64,000 nucleotides of DNA from an uncultured delta proteobacterium (GTDB taxonomy: Bacteria; Desulfobacterota; Binatia; UBA9968), in assembly GCA_963737905.1 (NCBI GenBank), contig CAVTUQ010000028.1, forward strand, positions 1 through 64,000, given 5' to 3'. Of this stretch, positions 20,065 to 29,736 are shown piece by piece. A model generated the notes under the pieces. The model did no database searches. It saw only the letters and a list, made by a program, of their open reading frames with translations, and was not told the origin of the DNA. Position 1 is the first letter of the stretch; the number at the start of each line of letters is the position of its first letter. The translations under genes were made by a program, and so were the position numbers.

Positions 20065-20904
20065 TTAGGCTATGTTGGATGAGCCTGCCTTATCGAGCCA
20101 AGTTTTCATACATTCCGCCAGGCTTCTTACGTGGGTCGTAATACATGTCATGTGGCCGCCGGGTACCGTCTGTATTTTCACTTGAGAGGCCACGCGCTTC
20201 CAGCCCAAAGTGAGGTCATTATTATCATCGTATCGATCTTCATCCGGTCGAAGGAGCGTGACGGCCCCCGAGTAACGCCTTGGGATATATTCATCCAGTG
20301 CTTCGCGATGAGCTACCTCAATGGGATTGGTAACATTGATCCGTTGACTGGATATTAGCTTTGGTTTCAAAAACGGCATTTCCGAGGGGCCGCCCGATTC
20401 AATCTTAGCGACGAGCCAGTCTAGTTGCTCCTTGAGTGGCAATTTCCAGATACATTTGGTACGGGTCAAATAATATCTCCAGATTTGGTCATACGTTGAA
20501 GCGACCGCACGCCAGCTCCGAAACAATTGTGTGCGCTGGCAGGGTTGTAATCCTTTGAGGTATGCTATTCCGTGAGTGATTTCTCTTAAATAACGAAACC
20601 GGCTGTTCAGACCGTCTGCATCGATCATGATCACGAGGTTTACTTTCTGGCCCTGCTTGTATAGTTGGCGCGCCATCTCGAAAGCTACAACCCCTCCCCT
20701 ACAATGCCCACCGAGAATATACGGACCCTCAGGCTCAACGGAGCGGATCGTTTCGATATAGGACGCGGCCATGCTTTCCACGGTTTTTGGAATGGGTTGG
20801 CCGTTTACTCCGTGGGGATTGAGCGCGTAAAATGGTCGACCTTCGCCCAATCCTTGAGCTAAATCTAAACAATAGAATCCACCGCCGTTGACGTCTCCGT
20901 GCAA
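20065..20904 (-). CDS. Type I thioesterase-like domain; probably the frameshifted C-terminus of the upstream A-T protein
   Basis: (FL)HG..GG, PEGPYILGGHCRGGVVAFEMARQL, VPGGHMT; no convincing own start, frame opens at the homopolymer 20906-20920. Confidence 0.8.
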   Translation of the reverse strand: MHGDVNGGGFYCLDLAQGLGEGRPFYALNPHGVNGQPIPKTVESMAASYIETIRSVEPEGPYILGGHCRGGVVAFEMARQLYKQGQKVNLVIMIDADGLNSRFRYLREITHGIAYLKGLQPCQRTQLFRSWRAVASTYDQIWRYYLTRTKCIWKLPLKEQLDWLVAKIESGGPSEMPFLKPKLISSQRINVTNPIEVAHREALDEYIPRRYSGAVTLLRPDEDRYDDNNDLTLGWKRVASQVKIQTVPGGHMTCITTHVRSLAECMKTWLDKAGSSNIA

Positions 20905-22856
20905 GAAAAAAAAGGGGGGGAAGCACCACCCGACTGAACCTTCACCAGCAATGACTGCGTCCCATTAAATCGTTGTGCAACGATTGCTTTTGCCAAACGG
21001 CCAATCGTTGGATTCTCTAGCAATAACGCGAGGGGAACTTTCATTCCAAACGACTCCTCAACGCGTAGCATCATTTGCATAGCTAACAGAGAGTCTCCGC
21101 CCAATTCAAAGAAATTTTGATCGACGCCGATCGGCTGCACTTGCAAGATGCCTTGCCAAATTTCAACCAACTGGTGCTCGACGGTTTCACGGGGGGCTAC
21201 GTAGATCGATGCCGATTTAGGCCTTCCGTTTTCGCAAGGAAGAAGGCCTAACTGGCAAGCCAATAGGCTCCGCTGCAACTTCCCAGTGGGTCCTTTAGGG
21301 ATCTCGTCCAAGATCAGCACTCGTTGGGGAACTTTGAATCTGGCCAAACGGGCTGCAATAAATTTGCGTATCCCCTCCTCGGCAACAGAAGCGTTTCGCT
21401 GCAAAACGACCGCAGCGACAATGTCCTCACCCAATGTTGGATGAGCAACGGGAAAAGCAACTGCCTGTTCAACCTCGGAAAGACTTAGAAGCACATTGTC
21501 CACTTCCGCTGGTGAGATTTTCTCGCCCCCTCGGTTGATGATCTCCTTAAGCCGACCAGTAACAAATAGATAACCTTCAGAGTCTAAATATCCCTGATCG
21601 CCTGTCCTAAACCAGCCGCTAGTAAATGCAACGGCGTTGGCCTCAGGATTGTTTTCGTACCCTTGGAAAACGTTGGGTCCGCGAATCGCAATTTCCCCGG
21701 CTTGACCTGCAGGCAGAAAGTTACCGGTATCGTCCAAAATAGTCACTTCGGGTCCTGCGGCTAAACCAACTGAGTAGTCTTTTTGTTCTCCAGACGCGAG
21801 CGGCTGGCTTGCCATTTGATGAGCTGCCTCTGTCATTCCGTATGCCTCGACAACAGAAGTATTAAACCCCCCTTCCAATTCCTCTCGTACCCGGATTGGT
21901 AAAGCCGACGACGATGAACGAACGAATCGTAGCCGCGCTCTCGTAACGAACGGCCTCTGTGAATCCATTGCTCGAAGGATAGCTTGATGGATAGTTGGAA
22001 CGGCTGAATACCAAGTTGGCGAGAATTCCTCTATCAGGCGAAAGAATTTCTCCGCCTCGAACGAGGTTGGATAGACAGTGCCGCCCGCAAATAAAGATGA
22101 AACCGTTACCATGAGACCATGGATATGAAACAAAGGCATTACGGTTAAGCAACGGTCCGTTGCTGTTAAACTCAGTGTCGTTTTCATGTTGGTCGCTGAC
22201 GACAACACATTCCCTTGAGTCAATGGGACAATTTTAGGCCTGCTGGTCGTTCCGGAGGTATGCAGCACCAGAGCAAAATCATCGATTGTAGCATAGCCGG
22301 TTTGGCTCGCGGTTCCAGCCGTCTCTCCTGACATCCTCAACCGACTAGCTTCCGTCGTGGCACTCGTTGACACCTCGATTAAAGCAATGCCGCGATCTCG
22401 TGCGATTTTTCTTGCCGCTGAATCAGAACCCGATAGCATAATTACTGCCTTCGCATTCAAATCGGAAAGAAAGAAATCACATTCCATCGAGGTGCAGGCC
22501 GGATTCAGTGGAGCTGCTGTTGCACAAGAAATTAGACCTAGCAAAGCGATCAGCATCGCGGGATCATTGGGTAAGACGATACCAACCCGGTCATTGCGAC
22601 CTATACCTAGATCGTTGAGCGTTTCGACACAGTATCGTAGATTCACAAGTAACTGTTCGTAGTTCCAACCACCAGCAGACGCAGCGACCGCCATTGCCGT
22701 AGGTGTACGCTCCGCGATGGATTGCAGATGGTCGAACACAGGTACATTTATATTCGGAGATTTCACCAACTCTGTACTATTGTGTGGAGATTTCGGCAGG
22801 CTGTTTGGGTTCGACAATAAACCGATCCGACGACTGGCGTAGTTTAGTCTACACAT
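20865..22856 (-). CDS. Adenylation (oxalyl-CoA synthetase/AAE3-like) domain plus carrier-protein domain (NRPS-like)
   Basis: LHTSGTTSRPK, PLFHIHGL, PTWYSAVPTIHQ, LRFVRSSS, EAYGMTEAAHQM, FRTGD, PKGPTGK; PCP motif FFELGGDSLLA. Confidence 0.88.
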   Translation of the reverse strand: MCRLNYASRRIGLLSNPNSLPKSPHNSTELVKSPNINVPVFDHLQSIAERTPTAMAVAASAGGWNYEQLLVNLRYCVETLNDLGIGRNDRVGIVLPNDPAMLIALLGLISCATAAPLNPACTSMECDFFLSDLNAKAVIMLSGSDSAARKIARDRGIALIEVSTSATTEASRLRMSGETAGTASQTGYATIDDFALVLHTSGTTSRPKIVPLTQGNVLSSATNMKTTLSLTATDRCLTVMPLFHIHGLMVTVSSLFAGGTVYPTSFEAEKFFRLIEEFSPTWYSAVPTIHQAILRAMDSQRPFVTRARLRFVRSSSSALPIRVREELEGGFNTSVVEAYGMTEAAHQMASQPLASGEQKDYSVGLAAGPEVTILDDTGNFLPAGQAGEIAIRGPNVFQGYENNPEANAVAFTSGWFRTGDQGYLDSEGYLFVTGRLKEIINRGGEKISPAEVDNVLLSLSEVEQAVAFPVAHPTLGEDIVAAVVLQRNASVAEEGIRKFIAARLARFKVPQRVLILDEIPKGPTGKLQRSLLACQLGLLPCENGRPKSASIYVAPRETVEHQLVEIWQGILQVQPIGVDQNFFELGGDSLLAMQMMLRVEESFGMKVPLALLLENPTIGRLAKAIVAQRFNGTQSLLVKVQSGGASPPFFSCTETSTAVDSIV
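20906..20920 (-). other. C7T8 slippery homopolymer tract at the carrier/thioesterase frameshift
   Basis: Plus strand A8 (20906-13) G7 (20914-20); one extra base gives ..ASPPFFFLHGDVNGGGFY.. Confidence 0.75.
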
Positions 22857-22902
22857 TCAGAATGGATCAGCACAGTGTCGTTCGTATGCTGAAGGCTCGT
22901 CA

Positions 22903-23766
22903 TCAGACAACATCGGCAAACGTCTGCTCCATGTTTCCAAAAAAAATAAGGCCGGCTGCCAAGATAATAAGAACCATAGCGAAACTCACTCCCATCACCC
23001 AAACGTCCAAACCAACCTCTCCCAAAAACGCCCAGCGGAATCCTTCAATCACGCCGACCATCGGGTTAAGGCTGTAAAGAAGTCGCCACTTTTCAGGGAT
23101 TAAGCTGACGGGATAAACCACAGGGGTCGCAAACATCCAAGCTTGAGTTACGAATGGTATCACATGGCCCACATCCCGGTACCTGACGTTGAGGGCTGAA
23201 AGCCACAGGCCGACAGCAAGCGCCGTCACTAGGGAGAGCAACAAAAAAATCGGCAAAGCTAACAGCTCCCACGTGGGAAGCATGTCATACCAAAGCATCA
23301 TCGCAAGAAGAAGAACCGAGGAAATCAAAAAATCAACAAGGCCTGAAAGGGTTCCAGCCAAAGGCAAGATCAACCGGGGAAAATAAATCTTCGAGATAAG
23401 GTGGGCGTCGCCAACGATACTTTGAACAGAACGATTAAACGCGCTGGCAAAATAGTTCCAGGGCAAAAGCCCCGAATAGACTAGCACGGGATACGGCAGG
23501 CCGCCCGAAGGAACGCGGGCAAAGTGCCCTAGAATTATCGTAAAAATCACCATGCTCACAAGCGGCTGAATGATGGCCCAACAGGCTCCGATAGCGGTTT
23601 GCTTGTAACGAACTTTGAGATCGCGCCAGACAAGAAAATAGAGCAGCTCACGATATTCCCAAAGGGACCTTACGTCTATATGGAATAGCCCCTTATGGGG
23701 CTCGATAACGATTGTAGGTTCCGCCCCTGCCCAGGTATTTCTGTGAAATGCATTATCGATCGACAT
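22903..23766 (-). CDS. wzm: Polysaccharide ABC transporter permease
   Basis: YRELLYFLVWRDLKVRYKQTAIG, KIYFPR, LNVRYRDV, TPVVYP, LNPMVGVIEGFR. Confidence 0.93.
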   Translation of the reverse strand: MSIDNAFHRNTWAGAEPTIVIEPHKGLFHIDVRSLWEYRELLYFLVWRDLKVRYKQTAIGACWAIIQPLVSMVIFTIILGHFARVPSGGLPYPVLVYSGLLPWNYFASAFNRSVQSIVGDAHLISKIYFPRLILPLAGTLSGLVDFLISSVLLLAMMLWYDMLPTWELLALPIFLLLSLVTALAVGLWLSALNVRYRDVGHVIPFVTQAWMFATPVVYPVSLIPEKWRLLYSLNPMVGVIEGFRWAFLGEVGLDVWVMGVSFAMVLIILAAGLIFFGNMEQTFADVV

Positions 23767-23837
23767 TTTCCTATACTCGTCCGGTCAGATAGACGTCGTT
23801 TCAATTGCCCAACTGCGTTCAACAGGAGTGCCCAATT

Positions 23838-25145
23838 CTATTGAATTCGCACCCCGACGCCGGTTTGGCCAGAATCTTTATTTGCAGATCGTTTAACCTG
23901 GTCTCCTGGCCTCTCCCAGTTACAGCGAAGGCACATGATGGCTCCGCTCTTGAGGCCGCGATTCAAACCAAAACGGCTCGACGGATGAACATCAAACATT
24001 GCGCAATGATCAACGATGTCGTAAAGAACCGAAGGGTGGCTGCTTAGAGCCAGTGAAACATAGTAACAGCCTGGTGCGAGATTTAAATCCGGTAGTTCGA
24101 CATCAATATATCCGGATTCCGGGCCAATGGAAGTAATGTCGAGTCCACTATTATAGGTATGAATTTGTGCTACGAGCGTGCCAAGATTAGTGTAGAGTGA
24201 CATTCCAAAAACAGGTTTCGCAATTCGACGCTTTGCGCTGTAATGCAAGCGGATCACTAGGCTATCCCCACTCGCAATCGCTCGCGTTTGCTCACGCTCG
24301 ATCGTAAGGAACTCGATCCGAGAAAACCGAGCCTCACCGCTCCCCCGGCGGGCGAGAATATGACCCAGATCTACCTCGCCAGCACGAGCATCCCCAAATG
24401 TGTTCATGTACGTTCTGATAATCACCTTAGGATGATCATCGGCTCGGAGTATGCCGTTGTCGAGCCATATCGCGCGGGAGCAGAGATTCTCTACGGCGGC
24501 CAGATTGTGTGAGACGAATAATACTGTACGCCCGATATCGCGTAGCTCCCCCATGGTCTCGAGACATTTTTTTTGGAATTCGCCGTCACCAACTGCGATC
24601 ACCTCATCAACGAGGAGAATATCGGACTCAAGATGTGCGGCGACAGAAAACCCGAGCCGCATCGTCATTCCACTCGAATAGTGCTTTACCGGAGTATCCA
24701 CGAACTGCTCGATACCAGCAAAAGCCACGATTTCATCGAATTTCGCTTCGATTCGTTTCCTCGACATTCCGAGGATAGTGCCGCTTAAATAAATGTTCTC
24801 TCGCCCCGTGAGCTCCTCATGGAATCCCGTGCCAACCTCCAGCATCGATGCCACTCGCCCCCTGACTCGTATTGTGCCGGAGGTTGGACGGGTAATCTTT
24901 GAGAGGATTTTCAAAAGCGTGCTCTTGCCGCTGCCATTGCGACCGATAATGCCGAGTATCTCGCCCGCAGGAACTTCGATGGAAATATCCTTCAACGCCC
25001 ACAAGAAATTATCTGCTGGTGACCGGCTTGTGAGTGGTCGGCGTAAGAAGTCGGCAAGGGCCTCACTTATCATCGTTGGACCGCCCCGCTCGCCTAACCT
25101 GTAGCGCTTCGCCAGGTGCTCGATAGTGATGCTTGAGTCCTGCAT
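23838..25145 (-). CDS. wzt: Polysaccharide ABC transporter ATP-binding protein with Wzt_C domain
   Basis: WALKDIS, GRNGSGKST, LEVGTGFHEELTGREN, YSSGMTMRLGF, DEVIAVGD; ATG 25145 with GAGG RBS. Confidence 0.92.
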   Translation of the reverse strand: MQDSSITIEHLAKRYRLGERGGPTMISEALADFLRRPLTSRSPADNFLWALKDISIEVPAGEILGIIGRNGSGKSTLLKILSKITRPTSGTIRVRGRVASMLEVGTGFHEELTGRENIYLSGTILGMSRKRIEAKFDEIVAFAGIEQFVDTPVKHYSSGMTMRLGFSVAAHLESDILLVDEVIAVGDGEFQKKCLETMGELRDIGRTVLFVSHNLAAVENLCSRAIWLDNGILRADDHPKVIIRTYMNTFGDARAGEVDLGHILARRGSGEARFSRIEFLTIEREQTRAIASGDSLVIRLHYSAKRRIAKPVFGMSLYTNLGTLVAQIHTYNSGLDITSIGPESGYIDVELPDLNLAPGCYYVSLALSSHPSVLYDIVDHCAMFDVHPSSRFGLNRGLKSGAIMCLRCNWERPGDQVKRSANKDSGQTGVGVRIQ

Positions 25146-25153
25146 TTCGCCCT

Positions 25154-25942
25154 CTAAATGATATCGCTGAGGGTCTCTTCGACCTTGCTGAAATAAGTGA
25201 TACTGACGACCATAAGAAGCATGATGACGAGTGAGGAAAAACAGAGAGAGCGCCAATCGATATCATAGTGAGGCACGCTCACGCTTCGAAATCCGCAGAC
25301 GATTCCAGTAAGAGGGTTCAGATACGCCAATGGCCGAAGATGCTCAGGGATGATATGAACAGGATACACGATCGGTGTTGCGAACAGCCACAGCTGGAGC
25401 AAGAAAGGCACTACATGTTTCACGTCGCGGTACCGAACATTCAACGCGGCCAAAACCATTCCCACTGTACAGGATAGGCAAATCAGCATTAGAACGAGTA
25501 CTGGCCATAGAAACAGTTTCCACGTCGGCGCAAGGTTATAGTACATCATCATTGCGACGAGAAAGATTGTGCCGATTCCGAAATCAATTATTCCGGCGAG
25601 GGTCGGTGCCACAGGTAAAGCAGACCGAGGAAAATAGACCTTGGTGAGCAACCGGGAGTTGCTGACGAGACTGAGACCGGATTGGGTAACAGTACTTGAA
25701 AAATAAATCCACGGTAGGAGAGCAGCATAGTAAAAAACCGGCTGTGGGACTCCATCGGTGGATATCCCAACGAAGCGACCAAAAACCACTGTAAAAAGAA
25801 CCATCGTTAAAAACGGCTGCAGGATCGCCCACAGGGCGCCGAGTACGGTCTGCTTGTAGCGGAGTTTTATATCTCGCCACGCGAGTAGATGATAAACGTC
25901 TCGATACGCCCAGGCCTCCTTTATCCAGTTCGACAATGTCAT
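25154..25942 (-). CDS. wzm: Polysaccharide ABC transporter permease
   Basis: LAWRDIKLRYKQTVLG, KVYFPR, LNVRYRDV, TPIVYP, LNPL. Confidence 0.92.
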   Translation of the reverse strand: MTLSNWIKEAWAYRDVYHLLAWRDIKLRYKQTVLGALWAILQPFLTMVLFTVVFGRFVGISTDGVPQPVFYYAALLPWIYFSSTVTQSGLSLVSNSRLLTKVYFPRSALPVAPTLAGIIDFGIGTIFLVAMMMYYNLAPTWKLFLWPVLVLMLICLSCTVGMVLAALNVRYRDVKHVVPFLLQLWLFATPIVYPVHIIPEHLRPLAYLNPLTGIVCGFRSVSVPHYDIDWRSLCFSSLVIMLLMVVSITYFSKVEETLSDII

Positions 25943-26001
25943 TATCTGTATCCTTGCGGAGAATTCATCACAAATATGAACCTAGCAGATGGTATACATT
26001 G

Positions 26002-27033
26002 CTAGTGCGTTGACCATCGTAGGTTCGGATCGAGCTGCGCCCTCGCGAGCAAATAGGTAAGGTGCTTGATTCTTGTGTATCGTGACCCTGTGAATTCTTC
26101 GAACGTTAACGAGTGATTTTTGAACGCGCTGTACAGCTGCTCAATCCCTTGGCGTACGGTCCATTGCGGTCGGAATTCCGGCAATATCCGAGCAATCCTG
26201 TCGCACTTGACGCGGTAACAGCGAAGATCAGGACCGCCTCCCTCCGCGTACTTAACGTGACTTCCGGGTACGATCTCCTTCACCATCGCGGCTATGTCCC
26301 GAATCTGGTAGTTCTCCTCGGTGCGACCGACATTGAACGCTTGGTTGTGAACCAACTCTCGCGGGGCCTCCAGAATCGTCAAGAACGCGCGGCAAATATC
26401 CTCCACGTGAATGAGGGGACGCCACGGGGTCCCATCGCTGGCGATCAGAACCTCGCCTGTGGTGTATGCGAAACCGACGAGATTATTGACTACTAAATCG
26501 GTACGAAGACGGGGAGAAACTCCGTACGCGGTGGAATTGCGCAGGTATGTGGGACTGAAATTCTCATCGGCAAAACGAGAGACATCCCGTTCTACTAGAA
26601 CTTTGGATTCTCCATAGGGGGTCACTGGATTGATTGGCGCATTTTCATCAAGAAAATCTGCTCCCCCGGCCAAACCATACAGACTGCAAGAAGACGAAAA
26701 AATGAATCTGCGTACGCCGGCAGTTTTGGCGAGCCCTGCTAGTCGAACCGAAGCTCGATGATTGATTTCATACGTGCACGCTGGATTAAGGTCACTCACA
26801 GGATCGTTTGAGAGAGCTGCCAAATGGATGACGGCATCGAACCCCTTCAAATCTGAAACAGCAACGTCACGCAGATCTTTGCGTATAGCAGGCACGGCCG
26901 CCGGACCTTTGTTAAAGTCGCAACCGGCAAAGAAGTCCGTGTCTAGCCCCGTAACCGCGTGCTTTGTCTTCAGCAACATTGGAATGAGCACGGCACCGAT
27001 GTATCCGGTGTGACCGGTAACTAAAACGTTCAT
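26002..27033 (-). CDS. NAD-dependent epimerase/dehydratase (extended SDR)
   Basis: VLVTGHTGYIG, HLAALSNDP, SSCSLYG, YGESK, DGTPWRP; ATG 27033 overlaps upstream TGA. Confidence 0.9.
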   Translation of the reverse strand: MNVLVTGHTGYIGAVLIPMLLKTKHAVTGLDTDFFAGCDFNKGPAAVPAIRKDLRDVAVSDLKGFDAVIHLAALSNDPVSDLNPACTYEINHRASVRLAGLAKTAGVRRFIFSSSCSLYGLAGGADFLDENAPINPVTPYGESKVLVERDVSRFADENFSPTYLRNSTAYGVSPRLRTDLVVNNLVGFAYTTGEVLIASDGTPWRPLIHVEDICRAFLTILEAPRELVHNQAFNVGRTEENYQIRDIAAMVKEIVPGSHVKYAEGGGPDLRCYRVKCDRIARILPEFRPQWTVRQGIEQLYSAFKNHSLTFEEFTGSRYTRIKHLTYLLARAQLDPNLRWSTH

Positions 27034-27692
27034 CGAATCTCCATTCCTAAGACGGCCTTCCGGCAGTAAAACGCTTCGGCGTAACCGCTGCACGCGTTCG
27101 ATTCCATTCCGCGCAACCGAAGGACCGACGAGAACAGGTCAGGGCAAAACCACTGTTTTTCACTCTGGCTGATGAAAGCATCGAGAATAGTGTCGATCTT
27201 TCGACGACAGATGGATTCATCGAGCGGGACAAAAAGGTTTGGCGATCCAAAGTCGCCGTCAAATTTTGGAATTTCATATTCCAGAATCAATTGATTACGA
27301 AAAGTGTTCCAGGTCAGTTCGGACACTAAACGATGATCCTGATGAAGATCCTGACGGTAATGGGTCAAAATTAAATCCGCCGAGACCTCGATTTTGAGTT
27401 GCTCAAAGCACTCTTTGAGCTCACCTCCGGCGTACGGGAAAAATCCGTCTCGTAATCCGTGAATAATGACGGTTCTATTAGAGACATTCCTCAGAAACGC
27501 CTCAGCGCTCTTTAACGCTTCCCGTTTTCGTCTTTCGTCCGAGCTGAACACAACCCAGTGAACTTCGATCTCGCGTTCCGTAGCCATCAGCTTCAGGATA
27601 GTTCCTCCGCAGCCGATCTCGATGTCATCGCAGTGAGCACCCAGGCAGAGTAAACGGAGCGGCCGTCCATCATTTAAAATTAAAGGAATCAT
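27030..27692 (-). CDS. PIG-L/LmbE-family deacetylase
   Basis: GAHCDDIEIGCGG, DLHQDH, YEIPK. Confidence 0.9.
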   Translation of the reverse strand: MIPLILNDGRPLRLLCLGAHCDDIEIGCGGTILKLMATEREIEVHWVVFSSDERRKREALKSAEAFLRNVSNRTVIIHGLRDGFFPYAGGELKECFEQLKIEVSADLILTHYRQDLHQDHRLVSELTWNTFRNQLILEYEIPKFDGDFGSPNLFVPLDESICRRKIDTILDAFISQSEKQWFCPDLFSSVLRLRGMESNACSGYAEAFYCRKAVLGMEIR

Positions 27693-27702
27693 GCGTTAGC
27701 TT

Positions 27703-28554
27703 TCACCGTCGGGTTAGGATATGTCCGCCAACTATCTGGACCTTTGGCTTAAGTCCTTGAGCCACGGGCACCCGGGCAGAATGGTTCCAAACCGCCCAAG
27801 GCGCGTCGCCACGGGTAAAAATGTCTTCAAGCGTTTGTTTGTCCTTGAAGGTATCCATGGCCGCCCAGAAACCATCGTATTGGTAGGCTAAGAGCTGCTC
27901 TTCTTCGAGTAACCTTTGGAATGGTTCGTAAAGTAATTCTTCGCCTTCTCTCATGTACTGAAAGATCTCTTTGCGGAACACAAAGTACCCCCCGTTGATT
28001 CGGATATCCGCACGAGTCACGTCTTTAATAGACTGGACCAGACCGTGGGAATTTAGCGTAATAAAATGAAAACTTAAATTGGGCCTGACACATAGAAAGC
28101 TTGCGACCTTTCGCTCAAGCCTAAAATGATCGATTTGGTCCGTCAGAGGCAAGTCCGTAAGCCCGTCACTGTAATTGGCGAGAAAGACTTCCTCACCGGC
28201 GAGATATTTCTCGACTGCCTTGAGGCGTTGTCCGATGTTAGAACTAATACCCGTATCGGCGAACGTGATGTTCCAATCGCCAATATCGCTGTTGAACAAT
28301 TCGAGCCTTTTCCCCCCACGCGATAGAATAAAATCATTGGAAATACATTCGTTATAGTTCAAAAAAAAGGTCTTTATAAAATCTGCGCCGTGCCCGAGGC
28401 AAAGAATGAAATCCTTATGGCCGTAATGAGAATAGTACTTCATCACATGCCAAATGACTGGACGATAACCGATTTTCACCATTGGCTTAGGAATCGCTTC
28501 AGAAACATCGCGCATTCTCAGCCCTTGGCCGCCGCAAAAAAGAACCACTTTCAT
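27703..28554 (-). CDS. rfbF: Glucose-1-phosphate cytidylyltransferase-like nucleotidyltransferase
   Basis: VVLFCGGQGLR..PKPMV, DTG, NYSDGLTD, INGGYF, GFWAAMDTFKD. Confidence 0.85.
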   Translation of the reverse strand: MKVVLFCGGQGLRMRDVSEAIPKPMVKIGYRPVIWHVMKYYSHYGHKDFILCLGHGADFIKTFFLNYNECISNDFILSRGGKRLELFNSDIGDWNITFADTGISSNIGQRLKAVEKYLAGEEVFLANYSDGLTDLPLTDQIDHFRLERKVASFLCVRPNLSFHFITLNSHGLVQSIKDVTRADIRINGGYFVFRKEIFQYMREGEELLYEPFQRLLEEEQLLAYQYDGFWAAMDTFKDKQTLEDIFTRGDAPWAVWNHSARVPVAQGLKPKVQIVGGHILTRR

Positions 28555-28683
28555 GCGACCTCCTTGTAGTTGAACCTCAGTGAGCAACCGCGGTCAACAT
28601 CGCGTGCGACTATTCCTCCGTCAGACGCCGGCGACCGAGCCCACTGGACCCACCGACGCCAGAACGATGTAGGCTATTGGGAG

Positions 28684-29616
28684 TTACCAACGAAGAGCAG
28701 ATATCAGGTGTTTGGGACCACGTAGAATTGTTTGCCGCAGGCCCGCCAGTACTTCATCTGCAAGTTTGCCACGAGTCCAGGCTGCCTTGCGCATCAAAAA
28801 CAAACCCAAGCGGAATTTCTCAGCGTCACTGATTGGCGCTCGAAAAATGGCGCGGCAGTGTGACAGGAGATGTTTCCATTGCGTAAACGGGATTCGCCCT
28901 TTGGACTCAGGATCGTAAAATTCCTGGAGCTGACCGATACTTTTAAGGCTACTTGAGGCTCCTGGGTGAAATCGGCGATAAAACAAGACCTCGGGAATCT
29001 CCCAAAACTTACCATAAAGCGTTAACTCGGCTAGCAGGGCCATGTCTGCGCCAATGAAATTTCCGATTAGCTCGGTTTTCGCCAAAATATCCGATCTAAT
29101 CAATCCGTAAATCGCGTTGACAAGCCCTAGTCGAAGAGAAAGTTGCACAAACCTCTCACTGGCACTAATAGACTGCAAGTGCAGACCATCGTCGTAATTG
29201 GAAATGGCTTGGCCCTGCTCGTCTATGAGCTTTGTCTTGGAATAGGCAAGGATACTTGATCGCTCGCGATCCAGCACTTCCACGCAGCGAGCGAGGGACA
29301 AAGGGCCGAATAGGTCATCGCAATTAGCCCATCGAAAGTACTCACCCGATGAAAGCTCGAAAGTGCACCTGTAGTTCTTGGCAGCTCCGAGATTTGTTGC
29401 ATTGCGCACATAGCAGATGCGTCGGTCCCGGTCAGCGTATGAACGGCATATCTGCTCCGTTTCGTCTTTAGAAGCATTGTCGCAAATGATGAGTTCAAAA
29501 TTATCGTACGTCTGCGCAAGAAGCGAATCCAACGTCTCGGCGATGTAACGTTCGCCGTTGTAAACAGGGAGTCCAATGCTAACCCGAGGCTGATGATTAT
29601 TCCTCGGCATTGTCAT
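28684..29616 (-). CDS. GT2-family glycosyltransferase
   Basis: VSIGLPVYNGE, ICDNASKD, NLGAAKN, WANCDD. Confidence 0.92.
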   Translation of the reverse strand: MTMPRNNHQPRVSIGLPVYNGERYIAETLDSLLAQTYDNFELIICDNASKDETEQICRSYADRDRRICYVRNATNLGAAKNYRCTFELSSGEYFRWANCDDLFGPLSLARCVEVLDRERSSILAYSKTKLIDEQGQAISNYDDGLHLQSISASERFVQLSLRLGLVNAIYGLIRSDILAKTELIGNFIGADMALLAELTLYGKFWEIPEVLFYRRFHPGASSSLKSIGQLQEFYDPESKGRIPFTQWKHLLSHCRAIFRAPISDAEKFRLGLFLMRKAAWTRGKLADEVLAGLRQTILRGPKHLISALRW

Positions 29617-29736
29617 CCATTCTTGTAACGCCCGTGTTTAATCGCCCTATTTTTACCTGGAAAGACCTTTTCGCGAACCCAACCGATCGAGAGGATATCG
29701 AGATCGCCATCGATGGCAGCGCAGTTTCCCGTTAGA

